The notes under the pieces: model-generated | What the model was told of the DNA's origin: nothing | The model's input: the letters and a program-made list of their open reading frames with translations, nothing else | The model's database searches: none | Translations under genes and position numbers: made by a program | In this document: positions 48,088-57,182 of the stretch, in pieces | Position numbering within the stretch: position 1 is the first letter of the stretch | How the letters are laid out: every line of letters begins with the position of its first letter | Origin: a virus | Taxonomy: Duplodnaviria; Caudoviricetes | Virus record (IMG/VR): IMGVR_UViG_3300041986_000079 | Span: 1-64,000 of that record | Strand: one strand, 5' to 3' | Length of the DNA stretch: 64,000 nt

Positions 48088-48128
48088 AAAAAAAATGCTG
48101 CCTTTCTCCGTTTGGAAGGTAGGCAGCA
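48088..48128 (-). terminator. Rho-independent terminator
   Basis: TGCTGCCT...AGGCAGCA stem with an A8 tract on its left, which is a U-tract on the minus strand. Confidence 0.8.
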
Positions 48129-48171
48129 ACCGAACTACACAATAACATACAAGTGATACAAAGATAACTAA

Positions 48172-48888
48172 TTATAGTATATCTCCTAGCTGCATCTTAA
48201 CTTTTTCTATTAGATCTTCTATAGATCCGTTGTTCTCTATAACAACATCAAAGTCCCAGTCATCAAGAGCAGTCTCGCTAGGGTGAGTACCTTTCTGTTC
48301 CTCTGGTCTAGTTACTTTAACTATTATCCCCCCTTTGCTTTTTATAGCTTGTGCTTCATTAGGGAAACGAGTATCAGTAATAAGCCATTGAGAGCAATCA
48401 AATCCGCTTGGAGAATGATCAGAGTGAGTACACTCATAGTCAGCAAACAAGGCGTTTACCCATACATTCTCATGTAAACAATCTCTCATACACTCAGTAC
48501 CTACTTTTTGCAAGAGTTCTCTTACTGTTAAAGGTACTTCATAAGTTTCATTGCCTGTCATCCACGGAGCATTACTATTATAAAGTCTTGTCTGATTCCA
48601 CTCAGGACCTAACTCAGTTTTCTTAAACTCCTGGTCTTCAAAGTCATGTACACTAATACCGGTAAGTAAACTAGCTACTTCCTTTAGTTTACCAGCAAAC
48701 TTCTTTATCTCCCAAGGAGAGTAATAGTAAAAGCCAAAGACATCTGGATTACTATGTCCTCTAAGAAACTCTTCATATGTTCTGCTTCTTCCATGGTAAG
48801 CTTCAGATGTTAGATACTGAATAATACTACCAACTGTATCTTTTCCTGATCCGATCTTACCTGAGATGCCAATTAGATTATGTCTCAT
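48172..48888 (-). CDS. Deoxynucleoside monophosphate kinase
   Basis: ISGKIGSGKDT P-loop, RELLQKVGTE, ITDTRFPNE: the T4 gp1/T5 dNMP kinase pattern. Confidence 0.9.
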   Translation of the reverse strand: MRHNLIGISGKIGSGKDTVGSIIQYLTSEAYHGRSRTYEEFLRGHSNPDVFGFYYYSPWEIKKFAGKLKEVASLLTGISVHDFEDQEFKKTELGPEWNQTRLYNSNAPWMTGNETYEVPLTVRELLQKVGTECMRDCLHENVWVNALFADYECTHSDHSPSGFDCSQWLITDTRFPNEAQAIKSKGGIIVKVTRPEEQKGTHPSETALDDWDFDVVIENNGSIEDLIEKVKMQLGDIL

Positions 48889-49328
48889 TCTTCAGTTACT
48901 TTAAAAGGTACTCTTCCAAGATAACAGTCTTGAGTAAGCCCAAGATGTTTCTTAAAACTATTAATACAGCTCTGAATATTATTAGACCCTACAGGATTAT
49001 GACTATGAACAGCACACGTCTTTGGTACTACATTATTATCCATGCAGTATTCTGTTAACCACATAGCACAGTGTAGACCAGTCTTTTCTTTATACTCATC
49101 GTACTTAGGATCTTGGAAACCCTGAGCTAATACTTGAGCAAAGTAATCGTTTGTATGTTCTTTACCTAAGTCATGATCAAACGATATAAAGTCTGGTATA
49201 CCATGTTCAGTAATGTACTCAACAAACTGATCATAGTTTCTTACAACTATCCATGGATGGTATCCAGGTATATTTTCTGTTGGAGTACGTACATCATCAA
49301 GATATAAGCATGTCTTTAACTGTATCAT
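48885..49328 (-). CDS. Cyclic-phosphate-processing receiver domain protein
   Basis: LYLDDVRTP...VVRNYDQF...ISFDHDLG...KTG...VHSHNPVG. Confidence 0.8.
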   Translation of the reverse strand: MIQLKTCLYLDDVRTPTENIPGYHPWIVVRNYDQFVEYITEHGIPDFISFDHDLGKEHTNDYFAQVLAQGFQDPKYDEYKEKTGLHCAMWLTEYCMDNNVVPKTCAVHSHNPVGSNNIQSCINSFKKHLGLTQDCYLGRVPFKVTEE

Positions 49329-49825
49329 TGTCCTGTTGAACCGTGTCCGCCAGTTCCGCGTTCAGTTTCTGATAACTCATCAACAATCATATACTCAACT
49401 AATGGTACAGGCATGATAATCAACTGAGCAATACGATCACCTACATTGTATATATCATAAGCATATGTTTTCTTAGTATGGAATGGTGTCCATTTTTCAG
49501 TATCAGCCATGTCAGTTAATACTGAACGAGTATCTTTATCTGATTTATAGTTAAATGTAACCATGATTTCACCACGATAACCACTATCAATTACACCAAC
49601 AGAATTACTCATAACTAAATCATAGTCACGAACAGAGGAACGTGGAAAAATAAGTCCTACCATTCCTTCTGGTATTTCAACAGCAATACCAGTACCATAT
49701 ACTACTTGATCAAGATCTCTATCTACATCTATTGACGTAGCTACAAGATCTGCACCTGCATCACCAGGCTTTCCAAACTTAGGGGCTACTGCATCAGAAT
49801 GCAGCTTTTTTACTTTTACTTTCAT
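49325..49825 (-). CDS. dut: Trimeric dUTPase
   Basis: AGADL, PRSS, GVIDSGYRGEI, RIAQL, RGTGGHGSTG. ATG at 49825 overlaps the upstream TGA. Confidence 0.95.
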   Translation of the reverse strand: MKVKVKKLHSDAVAPKFGKPGDAGADLVATSIDVDRDLDQVVYGTGIAVEIPEGMVGLIFPRSSVRDYDLVMSNSVGVIDSGYRGEIMVTFNYKSDKDTRSVLTDMADTEKWTPFHTKKTYAYDIYNVGDRIAQLIIMPVPLVEYMIVDELSETERGTGGHGSTGQ

Positions 49826-50214
49826 AACGACTGGATTATATGTAAACATTTGCTTTTAAAATCATCACTATTAACTTGTATCATTCTTACTCCACACTTA
49901 TTATAAAGAGCCCTACGAATCTCGTGGTCATTATCGTCCAAGTGCCAGACAAACTCAGTGTCACATAGATAGGTGTACTTCCATTCCATGTTGGTAAATC
50001 TTACCTTCCATCTTGGGATACCTAGTCTTTCAACTACTTCCCATAAATCATCTAACGTTGGTGGATAATCCATTGCGTACTTATGCAAGTGATTCTCATC
50101 ATAACGTGTTGTTACTACCCATACATCAATACCAGCATCCAGGAGCTCTTTTGCAAACTCCTGGACTTGTGGTTGACTGAGTGTACCATCAAAATCGATA
50201 CTTACTTTTGTCAT
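49822..50214 (-). CDS. HAD-superfamily phosphatase/nucleotidase
   Basis: SIDFDGTL motif I, VVTTR motif II, K, HLDD motif IV. Start placed at MTKV (50214). Confidence 0.8.
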   Translation of the reverse strand: MTKVSIDFDGTLSQPQVQEFAKELLDAGIDVWVVTTRYDENHLHKYAMDYPPTLDDLWEVVERLGIPRWKVRFTNMEWKYTYLCDTEFVWHLDDNDHEIRRALYNKCGVRMIQVNSDDFKSKCLHIIQSL

Positions 50215-50224
50215 AACTATATTA

Positions 50225-52171
50225 TTAAAAACCGAATAGTTCAAGCTGTCCTGTGTTAGACTGCTTTATGTTTGAGATATTCTCTATCTCTTTGTTAATA
50301 CTATCAATATAAAACTGATAGTTGATGTCATCTGGTGTTTCAGTGTCATCGTTAATAAGATTCATTTCAGTTAGTAACCATCGATCTGCAAGAACTTGGA
50401 TAGCTCTACCAGATGCTGGCTCTTTCTTTACAATCTTAGATCCTTTTGTACTAACATAGTATCTGATGATCTTCTGAAGTCTTTCAAACTTCTCAACACC
50501 ATCAACAATACTATACTTTTCAAAGAACCACTTACCTTTTGCTTTTGCTCCACCACAGAAGTCTAAGAAGTTTGTATGATTACGAACATAGTCTTCAGGT
50601 TTAACTCCATTAACAAAGTACTCATAGATGCCTTTTGGTATTACAAGAAAGCTTTTGTTCTTGTGCAACGTTGATGCACTCTTTGAACTTAATGCTTCCC
50701 ACTCAAAACGACCTTTGCACTTTGGTATCTTACCTTCTTTCTTATAGATAGCAATGTAGTTGTTTACATCACCAATAATCATCTTCTTATACTCATCATG
50801 CTCTAGCCCAAGATTAGTTATCTTTTCCCATTCTGCACACACATCCATGTAGGTTTGAACATCCTTTTCAGGAATCATCATCTCAAGACCATCTGTGTTT
50901 TGCATTAATGGTTGACAATCAGGTATAGCTTCAGCTAACATCTCATACAACATTGATAGTTGTAGCTGACCGTTTACAGTAATCTGCATGGTCATCTGTG
51001 GATCATACAAGAAACTATTTTCATCATTACTCAAACCATAAGTAGAGTTCAGGATAATCTTGTATACATAGTTCTTTGGATCTGACTTTGGTATCTTCTT
51101 TCTTTCTTCAAAGAACCACTCATATAACTCTAAGAAGTCTTTCTTTGGTAGATGTGCTGGTGCAAAACCGTTTCTAATAGCAAGATTAGGATAGAAAGAT
51201 GTTACGTCACTTGACATAATAGTCCATCCTGGTTTTGCTTCATAGATACCTGCTTTTGCAGCACCATGAATACCGCCAAGACCATAGTAACTATTAACTC
51301 CTTTATATGTAACCTTATAGTCTAAAGCCCCTTTTGTTTCCACTACAACCTTGCTTTTAAAGAAGTTAAGTAGATTGTTAAACTCAGGTGTTTTAAAGCT
51401 AATATAAGGCAGTATACAGTCTTCTAGTATGATCTGTTTTCTTGGTGTACGCAACTGTTTTAGTTCTTTCTTATCTATACCTAACTTATTTGTTAAGAAA
51501 TAGGCAAACAGTTCTTTTGATATGCGTGGCTCAGATGCAGATAATAAATCAATCTTGTATTCTTTGCTTAAGCTAAGACGTAGATTAATCTGTTCTTTAC
51601 TTATCTCCATGATATTACGCGTACTCTCAACATCATTGACGCAATAGTCTAATACCATTCGTTGAGTTTCCTCTGATGTTATAGGATCATTATGATGATG
51701 TGGCATCTCAAGTACACTGAACCAATCCATGCTATACTGAATCCACTTAAGACTACTCATCTTTGCAGGGTTATCCCAGTGGTTAAGCTTGAATACATCG
51801 ATCTGCTTGATAGACAACTTGTATGGTGCATAGTCAAGCATCTCTTTTAACTCTTGCTTATTGATTACTGTCTGAGCATAGCCGTAGATTATACGAGCAA
51901 TAACTAAAGGTGAGAGACCTTTCCACTCTTGATGATTCTCAAGAACGTATTGAGTGATCTGACTATCAAAGCCAAGACCATTATATGATATATGATACTC
52001 TTGATTTTTAACGTTTTCTTTAAGAAAGTCAACGTAAGCATCAAAGTCATCTCTGAACTCTGATACTACAAAGTACTTACGCACCTTATCATTCTTGTAA
52101 TGGATGAATACTGAGATAAAGCAATTACAAATAGTCTCATAATCCATTACCCAGTGTGCTTTAGTTTTCAT
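50225..52171 (-). CDS. polB: Family B DNA polymerase
   Basis: Exonuclease motifs DYET and YNGLGFD; polymerase motifs DVTSFYPN, KIILNSTYG, QNTDG. Confidence 0.92.
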   Translation of the reverse strand: MKTKAHWVMDYETICNCFISVFIHYKNDKVRKYFVVSEFRDDFDAYVDFLKENVKNQEYHISYNGLGFDSQITQYVLENHQEWKGLSPLVIARIIYGYAQTVINKQELKEMLDYAPYKLSIKQIDVFKLNHWDNPAKMSSLKWIQYSMDWFSVLEMPHHHNDPITSEETQRMVLDYCVNDVESTRNIMEISKEQINLRLSLSKEYKIDLLSASEPRISKELFAYFLTNKLGIDKKELKQLRTPRKQIILEDCILPYISFKTPEFNNLLNFFKSKVVVETKGALDYKVTYKGVNSYYGLGGIHGAAKAGIYEAKPGWTIMSSDVTSFYPNLAIRNGFAPAHLPKKDFLELYEWFFEERKKIPKSDPKNYVYKIILNSTYGLSNDENSFLYDPQMTMQITVNGQLQLSMLYEMLAEAIPDCQPLMQNTDGLEMMIPEKDVQTYMDVCAEWEKITNLGLEHDEYKKMIIGDVNNYIAIYKKEGKIPKCKGRFEWEALSSKSASTLHKNKSFLVIPKGIYEYFVNGVKPEDYVRNHTNFLDFCGGAKAKGKWFFEKYSIVDGVEKFERLQKIIRYYVSTKGSKIVKKEPASGRAIQVLADRWLLTEMNLINDDTETPDDINYQFYIDSINKEIENISNIKQSNTGQLELFGF

Positions 52172-52214
52172 TATGCAGTTGTTCAGTTAAGCTGTTCCCC
52201 CGTGTATAGTGCAT

Positions 52215-52243
52215 AAAAAATGGGAGAAGCAGAACCTCTCCCA
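52215..52243 (-). terminator. Rho-independent terminator
   Basis: TGGGAGA-N9-TCTCCCA stem with A6 on its left. Confidence 0.75.
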
Positions 52244-52264
52244 TTAGTACATTTTGGACTTAAA

Positions 52265-52645
52265 CTATTTCTTTACGATCAAATCTGCATAATTAACAGT
52301 TACTGGTTGATCTTTGCTACGCATTAAATCAACAAAGTCTAATATCTCATCTGCATTATCAATATAATACTCATAAGATGATTCCATCAAACGTCTTTCT
52401 TCAGCAAAAGGAGTAAACTCTTCTGGATCACCAGCTTTTCTTTTTACTGGTATAACTTTACCACGATCATCTAACTTAGGTAAGAAGTGATACTTTTGTC
52501 TTTTCTCTTTCGAGATAATAGCTAAGATACCTTGAGAAGCATCATAAATGCATTCTGCATAAGGACACTCAATGTTGATAGGAATCATGCGAAAACTATC
52601 AAGTTCTCCCCACTTAGAAGAGATAATAAACATACTATGGATCAT
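52265..52645 (-). CDS. Conserved hypothetical protein
   Basis: 126-aa ORF in the operon, with an AC-rich leader (AAAAACCAACCAAC). Confidence 0.7.
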   Translation of the reverse strand: MIHSMFIISSKWGELDSFRMIPINIECPYAECIYDASQGILAIISKEKRQKYHFLPKLDDRGKVIPVKRKAGDPEEFTPFAEERRLMESSYEYYIDNADEILDFVDLMRSKDQPVTVNYADLIVKK

Positions 52646-52667
52646 AATGTTGGTTGGTTTTTACAAA

Positions 52668-53243
52668 TTAAACAGCTTTTTCTAAGATCTCCAAATCTGC
52701 AGTAACTAATGTTAATGTTTCTTTGTCTTGATCGTATTTATCACATAACTCACCTATCTCGATAAGTACTCTAACATCAACATCAAGTAAACTTGCGTAG
52801 TGATCAAAGTGGTACTCAGGATATAAGTATGAGTTAATGTATGTGCACTCTTTTGGTTCTTTTCTAAAGAAGTAAAGGATATCTAGTTTAGCATCCTCAT
52901 CAAGCATAGAGTACTTACCATCAATAAAACACTTCCAGTCTCTTCTCTTCTTTGTAAAGTTAAAGATAAAGATGATCTTATCGCTGTACTCTTCTCTTGA
53001 TTCAAATAAAGGGGAAGCTGTTAGTGCAGCCTCCGCCTTCTTGAACGCAACGGATTTATTCCCTGCTTTATAAACAACAATCAAACGCTTATCTTTTACA
53101 GTATATCTATCTTTCCAGGCAATGTATACATTCTCAGGTTGAGTCATTGACTTACGATCTGTAAGAACAAACGGTAATAAAAACGTCTTTGACTTCTGGA
53201 AGTATCTGCTATATAACGATGGTACTTTATGTGCGTCTATCAT
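52668..53243 (-). CDS. Conserved hypothetical protein
   Basis: 191-aa ORF preceded by a sigma-A-like promoter. Confidence 0.7.
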   Translation of the reverse strand: MIDAHKVPSLYSRYFQKSKTFLLPFVLTDRKSMTQPENVYIAWKDRYTVKDKRLIVVYKAGNKSVAFKKAEAALTASPLFESREEYSDKIIFIFNFTKKRRDWKCFIDGKYSMLDEDAKLDILYFFRKEPKECTYINSYLYPEYHFDHYASLLDVDVRVLIEIGELCDKYDQDKETLTLVTADLEILEKAV

Positions 53244-53260
53244 TGTATGTTAGTTTTGTA

Positions 53261-54259
53261 CTACAAATATACTTTTTTACTAGCAAGTTCAAACGGAAGA
53301 TAGTAGTTTCTTTCTTCGTAATGCCACTTAGCTTTGTCTAAAGTATCCATTAATCGCTCAGTCCATGCAATAATACTTTCTGCTGATACACCAAAGGCAT
53401 ATGTGCAGTAGTTCTTATCAACAGCGACAAAGTTAAACTCAATTGTATATCCAATAAGATGTGCATAGTTTGCATTAATTAACTGAACATAGATAGCTGC
53501 TTGCATCCAATAATCATAATGCTCAATAGATCCATCAAAGTTAATAAGGTCTTTTGATGTAGTCTTTAAGTCATTGATATAGATGATCTTTTTATCATGA
53601 TCGATAACTAAGTTGTCAATGATGCCTTTAAGACCAAATGGGTAGTCTTTAAACTTATCGATATAGAACATCTTCTCGTTTACTGTCTCAATATTACCAG
53701 ACATGCTATCTAGGTGAAGACCAAGTAACTCGCAGATATCTGCATGACTTTTGATAGTATTAACTGCTTCTGTACAGAATGTTAAAGTATCTTGATCGAT
53801 TAGATCTTTACCCTTTTTCATCTTTAAGAAAGACCAGTATACTTGATGGTCAAGTGTTATTATCTTATCAAGACGCTGAGCATCAGTCTTTAAGTTCTGA
53901 AAGTAGTTCATGTCAGCCATAATATCTAAGATAGCATTACCAAACTGATCAAGTTCTTCTCTTGAGTCATCTTGTAGTTGTTGCTTGTGTGCAAACACTC
54001 TATCGATAACCATCTTTGCTTTTGCAGCAGGTAACTCAGTTGGCATTACAATATAATTCTTTGTAATACTATCTGGCTCTAAGATCAGATTATGTATAAG
54101 CTTACCCTTGATAAGGTGATCAGCAACAATCTCTTCTCTTATACCATTAATATATACGTCTTTAAAAGACTTTGGACTCCATAGTAATCTACTAAGACTA
54201 CTGTAACTAAACTGAAAAGGCTTCTCGTAAAAGCTATTCATTAATATTTGCTCCTCCAT
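53261..54259 (-). CDS. PD-(D/E)xK exonuclease (RecB/Cas4-like)
   Basis: FSYSSL N-motif; LKGIIDNL...INDLKTT...YWMQAAIY. Start moved to MEEQ (54259) because an upstream small ORF occupies 54261-54440. Confidence 0.85.
   Translation of the reverse strand: MEEQILMNSFYEKPFQFSYSSLSRLLWSPKSFKDVYINGIREEIVADHLIKGKLIHNLILEPDSITKNYIVMPTELPAAKAKMVIDRVFAHKQQLQDDSREELDQFGNAILDIMADMNYFQNLKTDAQRLDKIITLDHQVYWSFLKMKKGKDLIDQDTLTFCTEAVNTIKSHADICELLGLHLDSMSGNIETVNEKMFYIDKFKDYPFGLKGIIDNLVIDHDKKIIYINDLKTTSKDLINFDGSIEHYDYWMQAAIYVQLINANYAHLIGYTIEFNFVAVDKNYCTYAFGVSAESIIAWTERLMDTLDKAKWHYEERNYYLPFELASKKVYL
53264..53293 (-). promoter_or_regulatory. Bacteroidota sigma-A-type promoter (internal)
   Basis: Minus strand reads TTTG-N18-TATATTTG, close to the TTTG-N19-21-TAnnTTTG consensus. 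Confidence 0.6.
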
Positions 54260-54260
54260 A

Positions 54261-54440
54261 TTATATGCCAGTTGATTCATTATTGTGATTATGCACTTCT
54301 TCTTTTGACCAGTATCCTTGTTGATACATGTAATTACGAATCTCACTAGCCGTAATCTTGTCAGTTGTTGTTGACTCTATTCTTTCAAGAAAGCCTATCA
54401 AATCAACACAAGCTTGTTCAATATGTTTATTGTCCGCCAT
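54261..54440 (-). CDS. Small hypothetical protein (59 aa, below the ORF-track cutoff)
   Basis: MADNKHIEQACVDLIGFLERIESTTTDKITASEIRNYMYQQGYW...; its stop lies 1 nt before the next ATG. Confidence 0.6.
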   Translation of the reverse strand: MADNKHIEQACVDLIGFLERIESTTTDKITASEIRNYMYQQGYWSKEEVHNHNNESTGI

Positions 54441-54600
54441 GTTTTTGTTGTTTAAGTTGTTCTGCCACCTCTTCTGGTAGATAGCCTAATAAGTTTTTCT
54501 TTGGAAGGAACTCTAGTAACTCATAGATAGCTGTTACATCCTGCATCGCAAAGTCTTCCTTCATCTGTTCTATAACAGCTTCAATAATCGGGTCTTCCAT
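54427..54600 (-). CDS. Small acidic hypothetical protein (57 aa, below the cutoff)
   Basis: MEDPIIEAVIEQMKEDFAMQDVTAIYELLEFLPKKNLLGYLPEE...; packed between its neighbours. Confidence 0.6.
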   Translation of the reverse strand: MEDPIIEAVIEQMKEDFAMQDVTAIYELLEFLPKKNLLGYLPEEVAEQLKQQKHGGQ

Positions 54601-54601
54601 A

Positions 54602-54946
54602 TTAACTATACTTTTCTTCCATCATTATAAGAGCATCTCTTTTTGTTTGTGCTTTTACTGATGTACCAACTTTCTTTGAACCTACACTAGTTTCTAATAC
54701 ACCTCTCCATATTTTTGAGTTGAATCTATCTTGTTCTAGTGTCCATAAATCTCCGCAGAGAGTTACTCTGTATATACCTGGTTTTACAAGAACAATGCTC
54801 CTATTGTCACTAGGTCTTAGTTTTTTTGTCTGCATCACAACATAACTTTCTAATAAGTCTGCAATGCGTTTTAACTCATGATGGATACCTGGGATATTTG
54901 TTGATATCAGCTTTTGACCCATCAGTGTCTCATGTAATTCAGCCAT
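54602..54946 (-). CDS. Hypothetical protein
   Basis: 114-aa ORF tightly packed in the operon. Confidence 0.65.
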   Translation of the reverse strand: MAELHETLMGQKLISTNIPGIHHELKRIADLLESYVVMQTKKLRPSDNRSIVLVKPGIYRVTLCGDLWTLEQDRFNSKIWRGVLETSVGSKKVGTSVKAQTKRDALIMMEEKYS

Positions 54947-54957
54947 AATCTTTTTGT

Positions 54958-55401
54958 TTATTCCATATCACGACCATACCATTTACCTAGTATGTTTCCG
55001 TTATAGGAGTTAGTTCTTAATACATCTAACTTAACTTGCCAAGCAAACTCAGCATATGTTAAGTACTTCTTTGTTTTGCATAACTCTAAGATCTCTCTTG
55101 AAAACTGCTCTACTCCGAGTAACTTAACATCTGCTGATAGTTCTTTGCTTGATCCATAATACTTTAACCAGTCTGACTCTTTCTTTATATACTCGAATGT
55201 CTTTCTTGTTTTTGTTTCTGCTTTACTACGAGCTGAGATTCTTTTCTTCTTTGTGTGATACAAAGACTTCTTACCTATGTAGATCTGACCTGTTGTTAGG
55301 TTAGTGATCTTATAGACGAATCCTTCTAGTTCATGGTAATTAGGAAGCTTATCAAGAGAAGTGATAGCTTTACGCTTGTGCATCCAAGTTGTCTGACTCA
55401 T
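54958..55401 (-). CDS. GIY-YIG (Seg-like) endonuclease
   Basis: GFVYKITNLTTGQIYIGKK...YYGSS...FSREILE. Confidence 0.8.
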   Translation of the reverse strand: MSQTTWMHKRKAITSLDKLPNYHELEGFVYKITNLTTGQIYIGKKSLYHTKKKRISARSKAETKTRKTFEYIKKESDWLKYYGSSKELSADVKLLGVEQFSREILELCKTKKYLTYAEFAWQVKLDVLRTNSYNGNILGKWYGRDME

Positions 55402-56380
55402 TATCTATTACGTGTTTTGTTATTAAAGGGACTAGATTAATCATTACTTCTCTAGGTCCAAAGTCTCTAATAGCATCAGCTAAATCTTTGCTCATCTTTA
55501 AATGAACATAAGGTATATCATAATGCTCTTGGTACTTTTTCATTGCTCGAAGTCCTGCTTCATCGTTGTCAAAGATAGTAATAATCTTCTTATATTGATT
55601 CTTATACTTATCAATGACTTCCTGCTTTATCATTGTGTTCTCAGAGTCTGGTGCAATCACATCAACACTGAGCTTTAATGATTTTAATGCCATCAAGTCT
55701 TTAAGACTAGAGGTAATAACTAAGTAATCATGTCCTTTTAGTTGCTCTGAACCTTGTATATAGTTCGCAACCTTAATAAACTTCTTATCCTTTACAGTGG
55801 GTTGGTATATCTTATATACCTGACCATCAGTTGTAAAGTAGCCATACAAATGCTTGCCTAATATCTCAAGCTCTTTGTTTTGACCGTCTTCTTCTTTAGC
55901 CATAATGTAGGATTGTAAGGGTCTAACATTATGCTCATCAAGTAATCTACTGCCTATGTTAAACTTAGTCCAGTAGTATTGATCTGCTGTTGTCCAGGGC
56001 CGTGTAGTTGTATCTTTAACACGGTATTTACTATAGCTTTTAAACTCTTGAACATCAAAGCCTCCATTATTATGTAAGATAAACTCATTGTAATCCTCAA
56101 TAATAGTTCCGCTTGCCTGTCCAAAGCTACACTGGTACAAATGCTTTACTAAATCAATAGCTCCTCCGCCTGTATCTGTTGAGAAGTCCTTAAACTTATA
56201 GATACTTTTCTTCTGATCAAAGTAGATACACATACTTGGTGTACGTTCCTTTGGGTTGAAAAGACTCTTTACTTTAAGATCTTGACCAACAAGCTTGTCA
56301 GGGAGCTTGCAATAGTGCTCGAATATCCATGTTGATGGTACGAGCTTAACATCTGAGATTAAGTTTTTTGTACTTAGCAT
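55370..56380 (-). CDS. dnaG: DNA primase (DnaG-like TOPRIM, crAss-type)
   Basis: ITSSLKD...APDSEN...IFDNDEAG...KDLAD; degenerate Zn-ribbon region SLFNPKERTPSM. Confidence 0.8.
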   Translation of the reverse strand: MLSTKNLISDVKLVPSTWIFEHYCKLPDKLVGQDLKVKSLFNPKERTPSMCIYFDQKKSIYKFKDFSTDTGGGAIDLVKHLYQCSFGQASGTIIEDYNEFILHNNGGFDVQEFKSYSKYRVKDTTTRPWTTADQYYWTKFNIGSRLLDEHNVRPLQSYIMAKEEDGQNKELEILGKHLYGYFTTDGQVYKIYQPTVKDKKFIKVANYIQGSEQLKGHDYLVITSSLKDLMALKSLKLSVDVIAPDSENTMIKQEVIDKYKNQYKKIITIFDNDEAGLRAMKKYQEHYDIPYVHLKMSKDLADAIRDFGPREVMINLVPLITKHVIDNESDNLDAQA

Positions 56381-56401
56381 AACCTGTTGTAATTAAAGGA
56401 G

Positions 56402-56439
56402 AAAAAAGAAGGGCAGAGATAAAATCCCCACCCTTTCTT
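56402..56439 (-). terminator. Probable rho-independent terminator
   Basis: Minus strand reads AAGAAAGGG-tgGGGATtttATCTCtg-CCCTTC-TTTTTT. Confidence 0.6.
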
Positions 56440-56459
56440 ACATCACCTAACCACTAATA

Positions 56460-57152
56460 CTATAAGCTGAAATCGTTGTTTGGTTCGAAACCTGCAACCT
56501 GCTTATCTTCTTTTGGTTCACTAACATGTAGTGACTTATCAAAAGCAATAAGATCAGCTTCATTACCCTTTAACACATAAGCTTTCTTTCCTGTCTTATC
56601 ATATGGTAAGAACAAATCATATGCAGTATAACCTTTTGCATTCTTGTATCCGCTTGCTGCAATAGTGAATACCATTGAACGGTTAGCAAAGATCTTTGAT
56701 ACTGCATCAACGTGATCAAAGATAGTAGATGCTGCAATGTTATCAACAGCTTCTCTAATAGGAGCACCTAAAGTGTTTGCTAAGTTGATAACTGCTTGTA
56801 AATACTCATTGTCACGTTTATTATTGATAGTCTTTGTAGTACCATCTGGCATATTACGAGTAACAGTGCTATCCTTCATTGGATAAGCCTTATACTTGAT
56901 ACGACCAATCTGACCCAAGTGACGAGGGCTTGAAGGATCGTTAGGGTTAATAAAGAAACCTTGGAAGTTTGGATCTGTTACTGCTGGAGTTTCAATGTTT
57001 AACACTAAAGCAACTGAACCATCAGTATCAAAACTACGGTTCTTTGTTAACTGAACATTAAGGATACGTGCTTCTGTTGTTCCTGGTCCTACTATTGGGC
57101 TAGTCTTTGTTCCTTTTTCTTCTACTGCTGCGAAATCTTTTGTACTAATCAT
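56460..57152 (-). CDS. Putative single-stranded DNA-binding protein
   Basis: Lies between the Sak4-like ATPase and primase; beta-rich, acidic tail ending ...NNDFSL. Context-based call. Confidence 0.5.
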   Translation of the reverse strand: MISTKDFAAVEEKGTKTSPIVGPGTTEARILNVQLTKNRSFDTDGSVALVLNIETPAVTDPNFQGFFINPNDPSSPRHLGQIGRIKYKAYPMKDSTVTRNMPDGTTKTINNKRDNEYLQAVINLANTLGAPIREAVDNIAASTIFDHVDAVSKIFANRSMVFTIAASGYKNAKGYTAYDLFLPYDKTGKKAYVLKGNEADLIAFDKSLHVSEPKEDKQVAGFEPNNDFSL

Positions 57153-57182
57153 GATTGTTTTTGTTTATTATTGTTGTTTACA

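Noticed and set aside
53261-54346. Cas4/CRISPR-linked function and the 361-aa start for the PD-(D/E)xK gene
   Set aside because: There is no four-Cys Fe-S motif and no cas context; the extra N-terminal 29 codons overlap a better-supported small ORF.
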